Of a stretch of DNA of 64,000 nucleotides, positions 25,376 through 39,025 are shown piece after piece. The first letter of the stretch is position 1; the number at the start of each line of letters is the position of its first letter. The notes below the pieces were generated by a model. The model did no database searches and was not told where the DNA came from. It saw only the letters and a list, made by a program, of their open reading frames with translations. A program made the translations under genes and the position numbers. The stretch comes from Haplodiscus bocki (Eukaryota): NCBI GenBank assembly GCA_965655095.1, contig OZ296648.1:166160001-166224000 (forward strand), read 5' to 3'.

Positions 25376-26052
25376 AAGACGGCCGCCGGCTTATTTTTTG
25401 CCCAACTGCAATATTTTAAGATCAACTTCTGCAAATGCTTTTATTAAAAAATAATTTTATAAATGAGGTTCCGAATATTTTTCATACATATCATATCTAC
25501 CATTACTTTATGCATTATCGATTTCTCGTGGCTGCCTGAGTTATTATTTTGCGCCATATTGGAAATATGGAAAGCAAAATCTTCCTCGCAAATAGGTGCG
25601 TTTTTTCCCGATGTTTGCCAGTTGAGCTCGCGTAAAGGAGCCAACATCGGTTGTTCACGTGTTTGAATGTCGATTTTTTTTCATCAAATTGTAGCAATAT
25701 TGCCGTAGAATGCGACTGAGATAGTATGATTTCTCAAAACGTTCAAAATTTGGTTTCCTAAAAAAATAGATAGGCTTTTTGAAAATCTTGATTTTTTAAA
25801 AAAAAATCGCTAAGGGTAGTAAATTTGCTGTAAAATGCATATCATATGGTAATTATTCTTAAAAATGTCTGTTCAGCCCTCATTATGAGGTTTTGTGGCA
25901 AAAAAAACAGAAAACTTTGATCGTTGGAAAAATTAGAAAATATGATGCAGAAAAAGTGTTTTTTTTTCGAGGAAAAAATGTTTTCATCTTTCAAAAATGC
26001 ATGTTTACCAAATTGGGAAGGCGCAAAATATGCCGGTGGTAGCCGACCGTTT
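25376..26052 (+). mobile_element. Non-autonomous DNA element (MITE or Helentron-associated type)
   Basis: Imperfect inverted ends AAGACGGCCGCCGGCTTATTTT ... AAAATATGCCGGTGGTAGCCGACCGTT. Internal homology to 16540-17330. Confidence 0.6.
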
Positions 26053-26129
26053 TATTTCTTCTATTTTTCGCCGCATATGTAATATGCAAGAAAAATTATT
26101 CATTCAGTAACGTCGTTCTTTTTTTTCAG

Positions 26130-27003
26130 ACCGAAATTGCAAACTCCTCCTAAATAAAAAACTGCAGTACGGTTAGGACAACAGGGTTCTCAAGCAGTAG
26201 GTTCGGGGTTCGAGTCTCCGTCTTGCCAAGCATTTTTAAGATTTATGCTTAACATTTCTCGATACCCGAAAATAATGAAACACTAAAGGGTTCCCCTACG
26301 AAATTTTTCGACATTGTGAGACAAAAAAAATTTCGACGGAAACTCTTGTTACTCTCCCCCCCCCCTCTTATACATAAACTTTTTCGGCACCGGCAATTTT
26401 CTGAAAGACAGCACAGAAGGGTTCCTCAACGAAATATTTCGGCACTGTGAGACCAAATAAATTCGACGGAGAATCGTGATTCACGCCCTCCCCCTCGCCC
26501 CCCCCCCACCCCTCTTATCCATAAAATTTTTCGATACCAGAAATTTCGTGAAACACAAAACGGTTCCCCAACGACGTTTTTCGGTACAGTGAGACAACAA
26601 ATTTTCTATAGAAATTCATGATATTCCCCTCCTGGGCATAAAATTTTTCGATACCCGAAACACAGAAGGGTTCCTCTCAGGAATGAATCGGTACTGTGAG
26701 ACAAAACAATTTTGACGGAAATACCCGCCCCCTCTCTTATGCAACATTTTTCGACACCCGAAAAATTCTGTAACACAGAAGGGTTCTTCTACGAAATTTA
26801 TTGGCACTGTGAGACAAAAATTTTCCAATGGAAAATCGTGATACCCTTATGCATAAAGTACAGAAATCAGTGGTGGAATTGATGTTTGTGGAATGTCTTT
26901 GAAAACTAAATTCCAAACAGTCGTTTTTTCAAATCGTTTGCAAAAGTTGATCAAAATATTTCTAGTTGGGCGAAAAATATGCGGGTGCTAGCCGGCCATC
27001 TTG
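26130..27003 (+). mobile_element. Composite repeat: tRNA-like head, ~110-140-bp minisatellite, and the same 3' terminus as the previous element
   Basis: B-box GGTTCGAGTC at 26207. Five CACAGAAGGGTTCC...TGTGAGACAAAA units (26281-26820). End AAAATATGCGGGTGCTAGCCGGCCATCTTG. Confidence 0.6.
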
Positions 27004-28919
27004 CTGAAACAACCGCGCACGCTAAAGATACGCCACGTGAACAAAATTTGAAAGATCACGAGAGTGATAAACAAAACCTAGAAGTTTTAGAAACTAGCAA
27101 CAAATGAGAGATATGAACGGATCGTAAAAAAACACAAGCTTGTGATATAACACTTACTTGCGCAAGTGTAACACAGACGCAAAGCAGAGCTTCGCAGAGC
27201 TGGCAGAACGAAATTCCGCCAGTTTCGAGACGCTTTGGAACACCCTTAACCATAACGGGGGAAAAGTTGTCCAAAGACTATGAAAACTTCCAAGTTTATC
27301 GGAACAATTTTCCACCACAGTAAAAAAGTGAAACTTGCCAGACTATTTAAAAAGTAATTCTGGGACTTTGGCCAAAGACAGCTGTTTTTTTGGGCAAAAA
27401 AAAGTAATAACTTCCATGAAAAAAGTTATTGTTGCAAACGAGGGTTTTTTTACACTAGAACCGTGCCAAACATAAAACATGAGCACCCTATGGCGCGAGC
27501 AGGCTCTCTCATGGCTCAAAGAGTAGATTAACTTACAGTAATTAAGATAGAACTTGTTGAAGTAGCTTACGCGTTTGAGCCCAAAATGATACCACTATAT
27601 CCGAAAGGCTGCAATGGGGAGCAAACAAGCGGAAGCTGTAAGGAAAATCGCAAACTGCTACGGTTTCAGGCTGACGCTGGAGCACAATAATTACCTTTTC
27701 ACATCAATTTAACAAAAAATTGAGAAAAAATATCAAAATATCAATATTTTCAAATTAGTTTAACTGAATTCGTTGTTGCAAAGATGGTTTGGAAGGCAGA
27801 CGAGGTATGTTATGACGAAAACGTAAACTTGGACAGTTTTTCAGGTTGAAACCCTGGAGGCATTTTGAAGACCACTAAGCATAAATAACGGGAAAATGAT
27901 GTCCAAAGACTAATAAAACTGCCTTTTTCTACCAAAAAGTTTACTGTGTACTGCATAATTTAAAAATATTCTCTCCTGTATTGGTTATCAAAGCAAATGT
28001 AACTGAAAAGCAAAATTAGTAGGCAAACGAGCGAAAATTTTGCGAGAGTAAAAAAATTAGCTATTTTTTGTTCACTTTAGAACAGCAAAAAACTTCCCGA
28101 AAGAGGAAATATGAAAAATTTTAATGTATTTAGCGACGTTTGTGCTGTTTTATCTCGTTAGTTTGGCTCAGTGGCACGATGGCTAACAAAGAAAAAAGTG
28201 CAAAAAAATTTCGGACAATGCAATAAGAGCTATTTCGGTCAACCTCATATCATCAAAAAAGTCATTTAAGCATGGAAAAACCTTCCAAAAATCTACTGTC
28301 TTCGACTAAATTTCTGCTTCCACTTGCAAGACCTGCGAAATGCTGCTAAAGGTTCATGTCGAAGAGACAATTGCAAAACATTGAACGAAATCGGTACACT
28401 AGCTGAAGCTCGGCCAACTTTAAAAGACTAAAGACACTATTTTCTACAAATTTTTGAAATTTGTAACCAATCCTTTCAGCTCATCGTTTTTAACTCTTCT
28501 GAGTTGCATGCGTAGATAGAAAGAATAATCGTATAGCAAATTATAGCAAGAACTGGCATTTTAGTACAGTATATTCACAAAATTTCTTCCGGCGTTTCCA
28601 CAAAAATTCCGAAAATGTTCCTTTAGTTCCGGCCAAAAAATCTGACGTTGCAGAGGAAAAAGCGAAAAATCAAGCAAAAGTAGCAAAACTTATTTTCAAC
28701 GGTCGATAGATTAGCTCGAATTCGAAAACGATAAAGCTTAACTTTTTTGTACCAATTTGAAATCTCAGCGGAAGTAGTCATTTAATTCAAAAAAAATTCA
28801 ATTTGGAGTGAGCTTGCAATAAACAACTTTTCAACGCGGAAAAGATCTCTCCCAATTGGGAAATTGTCATTTTTCTAAAAAAATGCGAAATTGACAAAAA
28901 GGGAAACGTGGAGGGAAAG

Positions 28920-28998
28920 AAATGAGTGAGATGGGAATCGAACGAGAACGCTCGGAGCAGTCAGCCGCGCATTGCTGTCGTCATTACCCACCACCCCA
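28920..28998 (-). repeat. Degenerate tRNA-derived (SINE-like) head
   Basis: Minus-strand B-box GTTCGATTCCC; no complete cloverleaf. Confidence 0.4.
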
Positions 28999-29649
28999 AA
29001 TAATTCCTTACTTTGACTAGATTCATCCTGCTATCATCTTGTGCGAGTTGTGAACAATACAAAAAAAACGCGGCTTGATCGCACTAAACTGGCGTCTGCC
29101 AACCTACGGAGATAATACAAAGTGGAAGCAACCAACTTTTTTCTCATATCCTAGTGCCCCGGTAACTATTCGAAAATGATTCTTTAAGGGCACATTTCTG
29201 AAGAAAATTTTGTGGTTTAATATCTTTGAGCTGAATGATTTTTGAGAAATATTAATTGAATAGATTTGAACTGATGTTTGAAATTACTGATAAATATTAC
29301 GGCAAAAAAGTTAAGCTTAAGCCTAAGTCCATCCGTAAGTCACGTCTGTATCTACTTTCTGATGTTAAAAAAAAAGTTGAAGTATGATACTTTTGTTATC
29401 TAGTTGTAATGGTTGTGCAAGTAGCAAAAATTGGGGTCTGTTTTATGTAAAAATGTTTCTTTTTTATAGTTCATGGAATCATGGAACACCATCCATCGTT
29501 CACTCATGACGCTTTACAAAATTTGGAAAAATAATGAATGAACAATAGTGCGGCGATCCTGCATCATCGATGAATCATGGATGGCAATTAGTAATAAATC
29601 AACTTGGGGAAACTAAACAACTAACCGTTCTCCGACCAAAGTTTAAACA

Positions 29650-30480
29650 ATTCACATATGATTTTGGGCAATGTACTTTTCGTCCGTAGAGCATCCAATC
29701 CTCCTTTCCTATGAACAGGGATTCCGCAAAAATAATTTAAATGTTATGGAACAAATAATAGACCTTGAAATCAACGTTCCCTAATTTATTCCAATAATGG
29801 CACGCGAAGAAATATTTCTGAATTTTCGAAAATTGTTTCAGACAAATTTTCTCATATCCATCAGTCTTTCCTGCGGAAGAAAACAGCATATCAATAAGAA
29901 CTGAAAGTTATTCCAATTTAAGATTTGCTCGACTGAAATGTCTTCCAAAAAGACTTTGGTGCTTTCAGAATACCCTCCAGGGTACCATAAGTTCTTGTTT
30001 ATCAGCATACTAATAAACAACCTATAGGTTGTGTTTGCATTTCTAAAAATTATGCTTAAAGTGTGAAAAAAAGTTCCAAATCTTGTCCCATAAATTATTG
30101 ACTTGAAACTTTCCTCAAATGAATATTTTTCAAGGAAAAAATGGGGAAAATAAATTACATATGGCAAATATTTATTTTGCAATTATTTTTGCGGAATACC
30201 TGCTTATGAATTAACTGCGCAAAGTTAAAAATGGCGAGTTGTTTTGTAAACCAAGTGAATGTCGAAGCTGCGCAGAAGTGAGTGCTGTCTGTAATTGGGG
30301 AACACCATCTTGAAACATAACCTCGTGCCTTCGTGGACTTTCTGCAGAAAAATAGAACACAGCGCCAAATACCAACAAAAGAAGACATTCTTTTCGTATT
30401 AGTTTGGCCATTATTTGCCCATACAATAGTGGAGGGTGCAACTGAGCAATTCATAGTATGCGTTAAGCAGGCCAACAAAC
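29650..30480 (-). pseudogene. Old CR1/L2 LINE RT relic
   Basis: Minus-strand pieces ECLLLLVFGAVF (LDFSKAF-like), DGVPQ, IFA and VEQILNWNNFQFL in RT order. Confidence 0.4.
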
Positions 30481-31679
30481 GAGCATAAGCCGAACAACTG
30501 AGTTTACAAATCGAAAAAGTAAAAAAAGAAGAAGCACAGCGATATTTCGAGAAAACACTTGCTCAAAAGCATGAAACTAAGAGATTTTGGTTCAGTCAAC
30601 AAGTTATCATTGATTTATTTACAGTAGTGATTTTAATTAGGTGAAACTCTGAGTAATAATTAGCGTTTCTTAGATTTTTGATCAGGTTTCTGTTTCATCA
30701 AAATCGGACAAAAACTCAAATTTCAGAGAGCCAAATTTGGGTAGTTGTAATTTTTGCATTTCTTACAGATTTTGATTGACCAAATGGATGAATATTCTAG
30801 ATTTGATGGGCTCAAACGAAACACTAGTATCCCCATTCAGTCATGATAAACCAGTTTCACTGACATTTTCTTGGTTGAAAACGCTCCTTCCAAGATTGAG
30901 ATGTCTTGAAATCCATGCATTTATTTAAACTTCAAAATCTCAGCACTCAGAAAAGGTAGAAAAACTCAGTATGTACCCTTCTGAAGCTTTGAATTTCTCC
31001 TCAAAAAAATTTAACTTTCTGAGATCTGAAACAAATTTTTTCATAACTCGAATTATAGAAAAATCCCTACAGTTAAGTAGCGTAAACTTTTAAGGACTTC
31101 AATTTCCAGCCAAGTATTAAAGTCAAACATTTCGAGAGGTGCGAAGCTACAACAACGTAACTCAGCGTTTTACGAGATTTTCGAAAAACGAAAACAGCCA
31201 GAAATGGGTTAGTGAAAACTTATAAATTACTGACCCCTTTTGAATCAAAGAACATTCACAAATTCTGGGGGAAAATCGAAGAAAAATTAGTCATTACTCT
31301 TCTCTAATGAAACCATTGTGCTCTGAAGAAACAAATTCCGACGTTGCTCAATTTTTGCTCAGGAGTTCAATTACTGAAAATAAATAACGTATATGCAAAA
31401 GAAAAACCTTTAGGGAAAACTAAAAGCTAAAGGAGAATTCTTTTGACTTTTTTTGCTTTCATCGGCAGTTAACGAGGCTATAGAATCTAGGACAATTCGT
31501 CGGAAACAAATCGTTGGAAATGAAAAGGCGCTCAACTCGTGGCAAAACAAACCCGTCACAAAAATGAAAATGAAAGACTTGTCCAAACAATTTGCAAAAT
31601 GGATTCGTTAATTAGTTGTTATACACAAAACTTAATCATTTCAATTTTTCAATGCAAGTCGTATACAAAAGTGCCGTTT

Positions 31680-33500
31680 CGTCAACCATCAACAACAAGC
31701 TTGTGTGCATAATCTATCGAAATCTTTTTTTTTTTCAAAAAAGTATAAAAACATATACATATACATTTACATAATCATACACATAAACATATACCCAAGC
31801 ATAGACATACTCATAAACATATGTATAAAAATATACATTTACAACAAACAAAAAAATCTGATTCAGATAAACAATGTCCTGGAGCTTGATGTAGATTTGT
31901 GACAAATCGGCAGGTTAGGTTACTCCTAAAAACGTGGTTGTTGACACAGATGTGGTGTGGTTGTCTCACTCGCATTTAAAAAAATCATGGAAGTCGGCGA
32001 TTCGAAAAAATAGTGGAAGTCAACATTTATGTCAAAAAAATTATTAGTAGGTTGATGCTTTGGGTAAAAGTCAAAAAATTGTGAGAACATTCAAGAAGTT
32101 TTCAGCCGTAGTCAAACCTGCAAGTTATCAATGCAGGATGTCTTATCCCAATAAGACTTATAGGAGCATTTATAAAAAAAAAATTCAAAATGGAAGCAGT
32201 CTTGTCCTTGTATATGTGGCTTCATTCTTGTCGATTCATTCAATTTAGATTCTGGTTGAAAATTTGGATACTGGGCGGCTATTTTCAATTGTTTGGGGCC
32301 ACTGAAATTGAATGATGATAGGAGTTTCACATGGTCCACATGAATGTTTTCTCAACCCATATCTGAGGACTTTGAAAATGTATAACGTTTAAAGTCACTA
32401 TGGACAATCCATGTATAGTTTTCGTTTTTTCTTTTGTGTGACTTCTCTCAAAGAACCGTTTCCCAGTGTGGTTGTAAACTTCTAAGCATTTATAAAGTTG
32501 AAATCATTTGGATATCTTTCTCTTCCAAATTCTATTTCAAGTTCTGTTTTTCTTTCTCCATCTTACATTATCTTTTTTACAAAGCTTACAAACGTTTTCA
32601 ATTCCATCTTATCTCGTCCTGTTTTTGTTTCATTTAGTATATGGCTTTTCAATTCGACAATTTTCAGTCTCCATTCTTATTTATATTTAATTTTAACTGC
32701 GATTTGTCATCCTAACAAGGAGAGGCACACGGTTCAACTGATGGTCCAATTAACGTTCATTTTTTTTTCTTTCGCTCTGCCTTTCCTGTTTTGAGAGTAA
32801 AGTTGAAGTTACATTGTTCCCGTTAGAAACCTTGCTGTTTTAACTTGATACCGGCTAATGCCCTCCTTCCCTAAAACCTGTCCCCGAAAACGTCTTAAAA
32901 TGTAAATGCAGTGCTCCTTTTTTTTCATCCAAATCCTGATTGTAAATCGTTACTAACTCAGAAGCATCTTACTCGTCATTCTGTTTTCCATTTTTAACCT
33001 ATTTAGTGTTTTGTCAAACAACAGAGTATTCATGTTTTTCAATCCTTCAATATAACGTATCCTGTTTTCAGCTAACTGAATTAAAAATTAACTATGAGGG
33101 TTGCAACACTGCACAAAAAAGCAACTACGCTCGCAAATGGCACATCGATTTCTGCTCCGACATCGGTTGTGGTGAGACAAGAGCCATGTGCAAATCCGCT
33201 TACACCCATCAGGATGTCCAGAACTGTACCGCAAACTTTCATTCTTTTGAGCCTTCTGTTTTTTTCCAGTAGTTATTGTCAACCGTTAGGCACTACAGTA
33301 AATTTTCATGAACATGTTTTCGGTTTTGCACTTTAGGTCCTTTTGGGGCACTTAAACAGGTCGGCTTTGACTTCTCTGTTAATCTGTCCAAAGTCCACAG
33401 GCGCCATTGGTTTAGTATTAATTCCAATTCTTTGCACGCTTCGTTCATATCAGCATTAAGACTTCTTTCATTTATTTTAAGGAGGGTCTTCCTACTGAGT
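31680..33500 (-). mobile_element. Decayed CR1/L2 LINE with 3' end
   Basis: LLSSFNFSGPKQLKIAAQYPNF (RT N-terminal KIA.V.PIFK-like). The 3' segment 31680-31930 is the inverted homolog of 46820-47080, with a TG/TA-rich tail. Confidence 0.55.
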
Positions 33501-34742
33501 TTACCAGTGTCAATTGCCAGTGCCTAAGTGAAAATTCTATTTTCAGGAGGTTAGCCATCACATGCTAGGTTGTTTTGTCGATTTAAGCTTCCTATGAGGA
33601 TTTCATATAGGTTTGCATCTTTTTTAATGGCTCAAACTATATTATCAATATCGCCTATGGAACATGTTATGTTATCAGGTTGTATCAAGTTGCACCTATT
33701 TTATTTTTGCATGTTAACACTTTTTGCGTAGAAAAAAAGCCTTGTTTTCCCCAAAAATCTGTTTGCTCACTATTTACCAGAAACACAAATTATTTTTCAT
33801 GCAACGTCAGTTGAAAGCCTCTTCTAAAACTAAAGGTCTCAGTGGTCCTACTCTATGTGTAAAGTTGGAGAATTCTGAGTCCGAGAACTTGTTTCAAAGT
33901 TTGCCTTGAAGTTTTTGAAACCGCCTTGTCCTACTGCTGAAACCGGACTAAAAATTGTAATTCCACTTTTAGTTCCACTTGCTGTTGAGAAGGCACTGAC
34001 CCCAGTTTAATCGTTTATCATTACAGTCACTGTAAGCCCGCTGGTTGAATTGTCAATAGACAAACCACCTCTGAGAAATCCACCATCACAAATTGTAGGA
34101 TAGCCATACAAGGAAAAAGCACCACCATTTCCCCAGCTCCATTGAGAGTATTACTTGAGAAAGAAGTTTTTCAGCCCATATAAGGATAACCTCTGGGGCA
34201 GCCTCTTGTGCGGTGGCTAGTTCTATGGGATCTTTCCCATTGATGGTTGCCAGGACAGTGAAGTCTCTGATTTCTCATTGAGACTTAGTCCAGGAAGAGA
34301 ACTTTGATGTATCTTGAGGTCCACACAATCCTTTGTTGTAAGTTGTAAACTGAATTGCACGTCCCTGCCAACTTAAACACTATCTAAGGAAAATCAGTTC
34401 GTGGGATTTTTTCACCGGAACATGCCAATTCATAGGTAATATGTTCACGTTTGTAGAACTTTTTTTAAACCCTGAAATGTTCCACTGGATACGTAGAATG
34501 CAGTTCTGACAAGCCTGGCGGAAAGTTTTCGCCAATAGTCCGAGATTTTTTCGCTCAAAGTGAGAACAAATATCTGAAGTTTCAGATTATTTTTCATGAA
34601 AGACACTCAAACTGTTCCGCTGGACATACATAACAAGCGAGTTTTGTCAAAACCACATTTTGTTCTCCGTCTCCTGCTAAGGGCAGGCATGTTCGCAACG
34701 TAGGGTGCCTATGTTCATCTTGAAAGTTTCAGCCATTTCCTT

Positions 34743-35063
34743 TCAGAGGTATTTTTTACCCACTTCGATTGAAAATACCGCAGCGCTACTGAGCGTCTTG
34801 TTTATAAAGATACTCACAATGAAATCGTTGTTGACATCGCGTATGGGAATGTTGTCAAAATATTCTGCATCAACATACCTTTTAGTGGTTGCGTCGTTTA
34901 AGTTAGTCGGTTCCGGCAGATTGGCATTTTCAAACTGATTTTTCATGTCAATGCCTTCTTCTATATTCGCTTCCAAGGTAATAGAATCAAAAAAGGCTCT
35001 TGTTATCCCCTTCCTTGGAGAAGTGGAAGTTGCTGTTAGCAGTTTTCCAAATGTATCAGTCAC
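34743..35063 (-). pseudogene. Relic of a Polinton-type structural/fibre-like gene
   Basis: NIEEGIDMKNQFENANLPEPTNLNDATTKRYVD matches the ID(M/L)..(K/R)I.NL..P....DA.TK.YVD repeat of Polinton-like and phage fibre proteins. Confidence 0.5.
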
Positions 35064-35899
35064 TCACTTTTCTCTATACCAGAAGCTTGTGGAAGAATGT
35101 ATATAGTATCCCCCTGATACGTTATGAATAGTAAAGTGAATAAGTATAGGAAATGAGAATAAAACCCGCAACAATTACCATCTGGTACGGGTTGTACGGG
35201 ATAAAAGGAAATGTAACTCTCACATGAATTGATACAGTAGAGATCCCTGTTCATGTCAATTGGTGGTCCAGTGCTAAAACTGCCCCGTCATAAAAAATTT
35301 TTCTTTCCTCTGAGAAATGAAAGGCAAAAAAATGTGTTCCTTTACGGTAATCTTTGTTAGATTTAGGATTCCTTGCTTGCTTCTTGAGGTATCTGTTTTC
35401 ACACATGAAGTAAAATCTTTTAGGCGCAAGCGCCCAGCAACTCCCGAAATAATACAGATTGATGTTGCTTCGTTCTTTTTAGTTGTTTAAACAGGAAACC
35501 TTTTAATTCATCTAGGCTCGTTTACTGAGCTACAGCATGTCAAAGTGTCTTTGTCCAACGCCTGATACAGAAGTAAGCTTGTGCTTCAAGACCAAGCCTG
35601 TCGATTGATAGTTGGGTTCCTCTGCTTTGCATGCTGCTCTGAATTTGAAATGTACTAACTCTAACTGGTTATGCGGCTTTATTATCTTATTGTGCTCTAC
35701 AGTCTAAAATAGTATATAGTTTTATTAAAATCCTTGAAACTCAAATAAGGGCTACCTTCTTCAATTGGTAGAAGCTACTAAAGGGACATGAACATTCAGA
35801 GACATGGAAGAAGGAGGTTGCTGTGGAATTATTGTGGTTACGGTTGGTAAGTGTTCGGCTTGCCGGAGAAAACTGATGGAATGGTAGCTGGCAGTGAAT

Positions 35900-38400
35900 T
35901 CACGGATGGCGTTGCCAGAGTCCGAGGACTTCAATTTTAAACGGTAGCTCCACCTGTTACCAGAAAGACAGCCAAACTTGCTGTTTTGTTACAATTGCTT
36001 CAAACGACACTTGTGGCAAAACTATGGGCTGCAGAAATTTGCAAAATAGCAACAGATGGCTATTTACATTTTCGTACTGGAAACTTCCAGGCCCGCAAGT
36101 TTGGAAGGATATGGTTAACAGGGATTGCCGTCGGATTAGTGGTTTTCGGCAGATAGGTGCACCGTTCAACTTGTTGAGAGTGTGAGTCTTGAGGAAACTG
36201 TTAGAAGACTTCTGGCCCTGCCAGAAATCCTGATAGCCCGGTAACAAAGTTTCGGAATCCCGGAGAACCATTGAGGATTGATATTCCATAATCAGATGTG
36301 CCATGTGTTTTTAAAGCCTAATGGAATCACGAACACTGGGCCTGTAGTATTCCAAGCAAAATGAGTCAGCGCTGCAAGTGAAACTTCAGGTTACCGTGTC
36401 TGAGATTGTGACAACACTAATTATTAAAAATTAATAGCAACTGAGGTAGGTTACCGATTACCGTCAGACCAGCATATGTGTCTTTCTCTGCTTTTGTGTC
36501 ACCACCCAAGGTGCTGGGTCACTTGTGACGGTGACGTGTTTCTCCGCTGCTCTATCTCTTTCTTACCATCGTGCAGATTGGTTACCGAGAACTCATTTAG
36601 AAGGTTTTGACTAGCTCGAGAGACATAATTCACCTGTTATTTTTCACTCAACGTTGCTTCCGACAACCTCATGTTCTCATGATTTGTTTTATTTCGCGTT
36701 TTTGTTCCTCTTCTATTATCTTTTCAAATCCAAGTCTTGTTTCACATTAGCATGTTTTTCATGCATTCTCGTTTTATTTTTCAACTTCTTCGCGATGAAG
36801 TTTGGCCAGCAAAAAGTTCTGTATTTGAACAGACGTTCTGAAAACTGTTTCTCTTTGGCCAGAAACGGTCTTTCCACAACGTTCTAAGGAAATGCGCGAC
36901 TGGTTACCATTGGGGATAGACCGTGAGACAGGCTTGGCTCAATTTTTTTCCTTGTGACGATGACATCTGTCAACTAGTCTCCCAGTGTTTCTTAGCGTTA
37001 CTGGGTTTACCAGTTTTATCAGCAAGAGCAACCATTTCTTTAGTTTTTGAGACACCTATGGCCAAAACTTAATGGGAAGTGCTGATTAGCCTCTCCTTAC
37101 GCACGTTCCTACCAGACAACTTGACACCGTCTAAGATGCTAAGTTGCACTTTACTAGAAAAATTTTCCAGCTTTGGTTCAGCTTTTGCACAGTTCAGTCA
37201 CTTTATCATGTAGAGCGTCAGTCACGTTTTTTTATTAGCTTTAAAAGCTGCTTTACTAAGCTTAACTGAGAGGGAGGGTTCCTTGAAACCGGATAGACAC
37301 AGTTAAAGTTTTAACAGTAACTGACGGTGGTAACTCTTGACTCCAACGACGTAACTAAGTCTGGACATCGTCCAGAGGGTCAAAGCACTTGTTAATTTTC
37401 AACCGAGCAAGTCAATTCGGACACCACTCAAAACAACCACTTAGTATCAGTGTACTACTTTTGAAGAGACTTCAGGGGAAAAGTGCGGTTTTTAGAGCGC
37501 GATTTCGTCGGCGTTTCGGTTGGCTTTCATTCAAGTCGCTCTGCTGACCGAAACTTACTGATAGTGTTTTGAACTCAAGTTGGGGCTCTGGGGTACAAAT
37601 CTCTATTAGCGCAAAAAGTGAGATTTTTCCGTTTTTGTAATGAAGCCAGGTCTTTCACAACATTCAATTTCAAACATTCTCGTTCTTGCAACAATCAAAA
37701 ACACCTGGAGTACAATTGCGTTGACTGTACACCAGAGCTGGGAGTGGATATCTAGAAGGATTCAGTTCTTCAAGTAGCTCAATACTGCTGAGGAGACGAT
37801 CACTGTCGCTCACGTGTTTAGAAAATGAGTCAATCAGCAAATCTTGCCGAAAAACTACATGGGTATCCTCTTCAACTCTTGGCCAAGAAAATTTGGAAAC
37901 ACCTTTTTTGGAGTTTTTTGCAAAATAATCTAAACTTAAACCCGGGAGTCTGAACTTGTGGCTCCTTTTCAGCTTTTTTCAGGGATTAGCGTTTTAAGCG
38001 TTTGATTTACGCTGCCGGTACCCATACTAAACACCAATCACTTGTTTTTCTAACTATTGGGAATTTTTTAGGCAAACATTTACGGCATGGGGCTTGCTAT
38101 CAGCATCAACCACACAATTATGCTGATGAAATAGTTTTGGCGAGTCTCAGCGTTTTATGAGCTGACCTATTGTGGACAGGGTTTTCCAGCTCGTACTCTC
38201 GGGTCAATCAATTTCTGGGCAGGGTCCTCCTTAGGTGAATCATTAAGCGTAATGGGTTGGCGCATTCTCTGGGCGACGGGTTTTTGTCTGATGGTATTGA
38301 CCTGTTAGAGTTTCATGGTAAATCAGGTCGTTATTGTCGGTTAGCTTTCCGCATCTAACACCGTTCCGAGTAGATCTCCACACGGCGACTAGAACTGGAG
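35900..38400 (-). mobile_element. Possible highly decayed LINE (endonuclease/ORF1 region)
   Basis: Only a weak motif (YGISILNGSPGF, APE-like) and coding-like composition. Confidence 0.25.
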
Positions 38401-39025
38401 ACACCAGTCGGTCATTCTAAGTTGAGGTACTGCGGGATTGGATCTCAAGGAAAATTAATAGAGTTTGCGATTAGGCAGCTCTCACTTCAACTGACTCAGT
38501 TAGAAGTATTTGTGATTGTGATTCTTGTAATAACTTCAATAGCAGCACATTCTATCCAATGTAACCGGGGATTTCCATCGCTCTGAATCAGAATCAAATT
38601 TCTGTCCTTCTGAACGTTTACTGGTCAATCAAATTGTGCGGCAGTCTACATTGTCAAACATCTTTTGATTCGGGTGATTCTGTTTTCTATATGCGTGCAT
38701 GTAACAGATCTGTTCAGTCAATAATGCAAGAAAACTGAAAAAAAAAAGAAAAACGCTGATTTCAAGGAGATGTTTTGCTTCCCAGCTTTCTCGCTGCACG
38801 CTAACGCCAGAGCCAATGGATTTAAACTGAGATAAGTTGCTGAGTTGGCATCTGTGTGATTTGCCCCATTTGAGTAATCAAGCGATGATGTCCAAATATC
38901 AAAGTCTTTCATTGGAAAGCAAGTTTTAGATGATTCTCTGATCAAAGAAAAATCTAAAAATATCAACAAAGTTTTAGTATTAGGAGTGACCAACAATTTT
39001 CAAAGGCAGAGACATTATTGAAGTC

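Noticed and set aside
26160-26230. Functional tRNA gene (also 28920, 39178, 53468)
   Set aside because: B-boxes are present, but acceptor and anticodon stems cannot be formed properly.
30211-30441. Signal-anchored host protein (MAKLIRKECLLLLVFGAVF...)
   Set aside because: Better explained as decayed LINE RT (LDFSKAF-like and GVPQ motifs); stops in all frames downstream.
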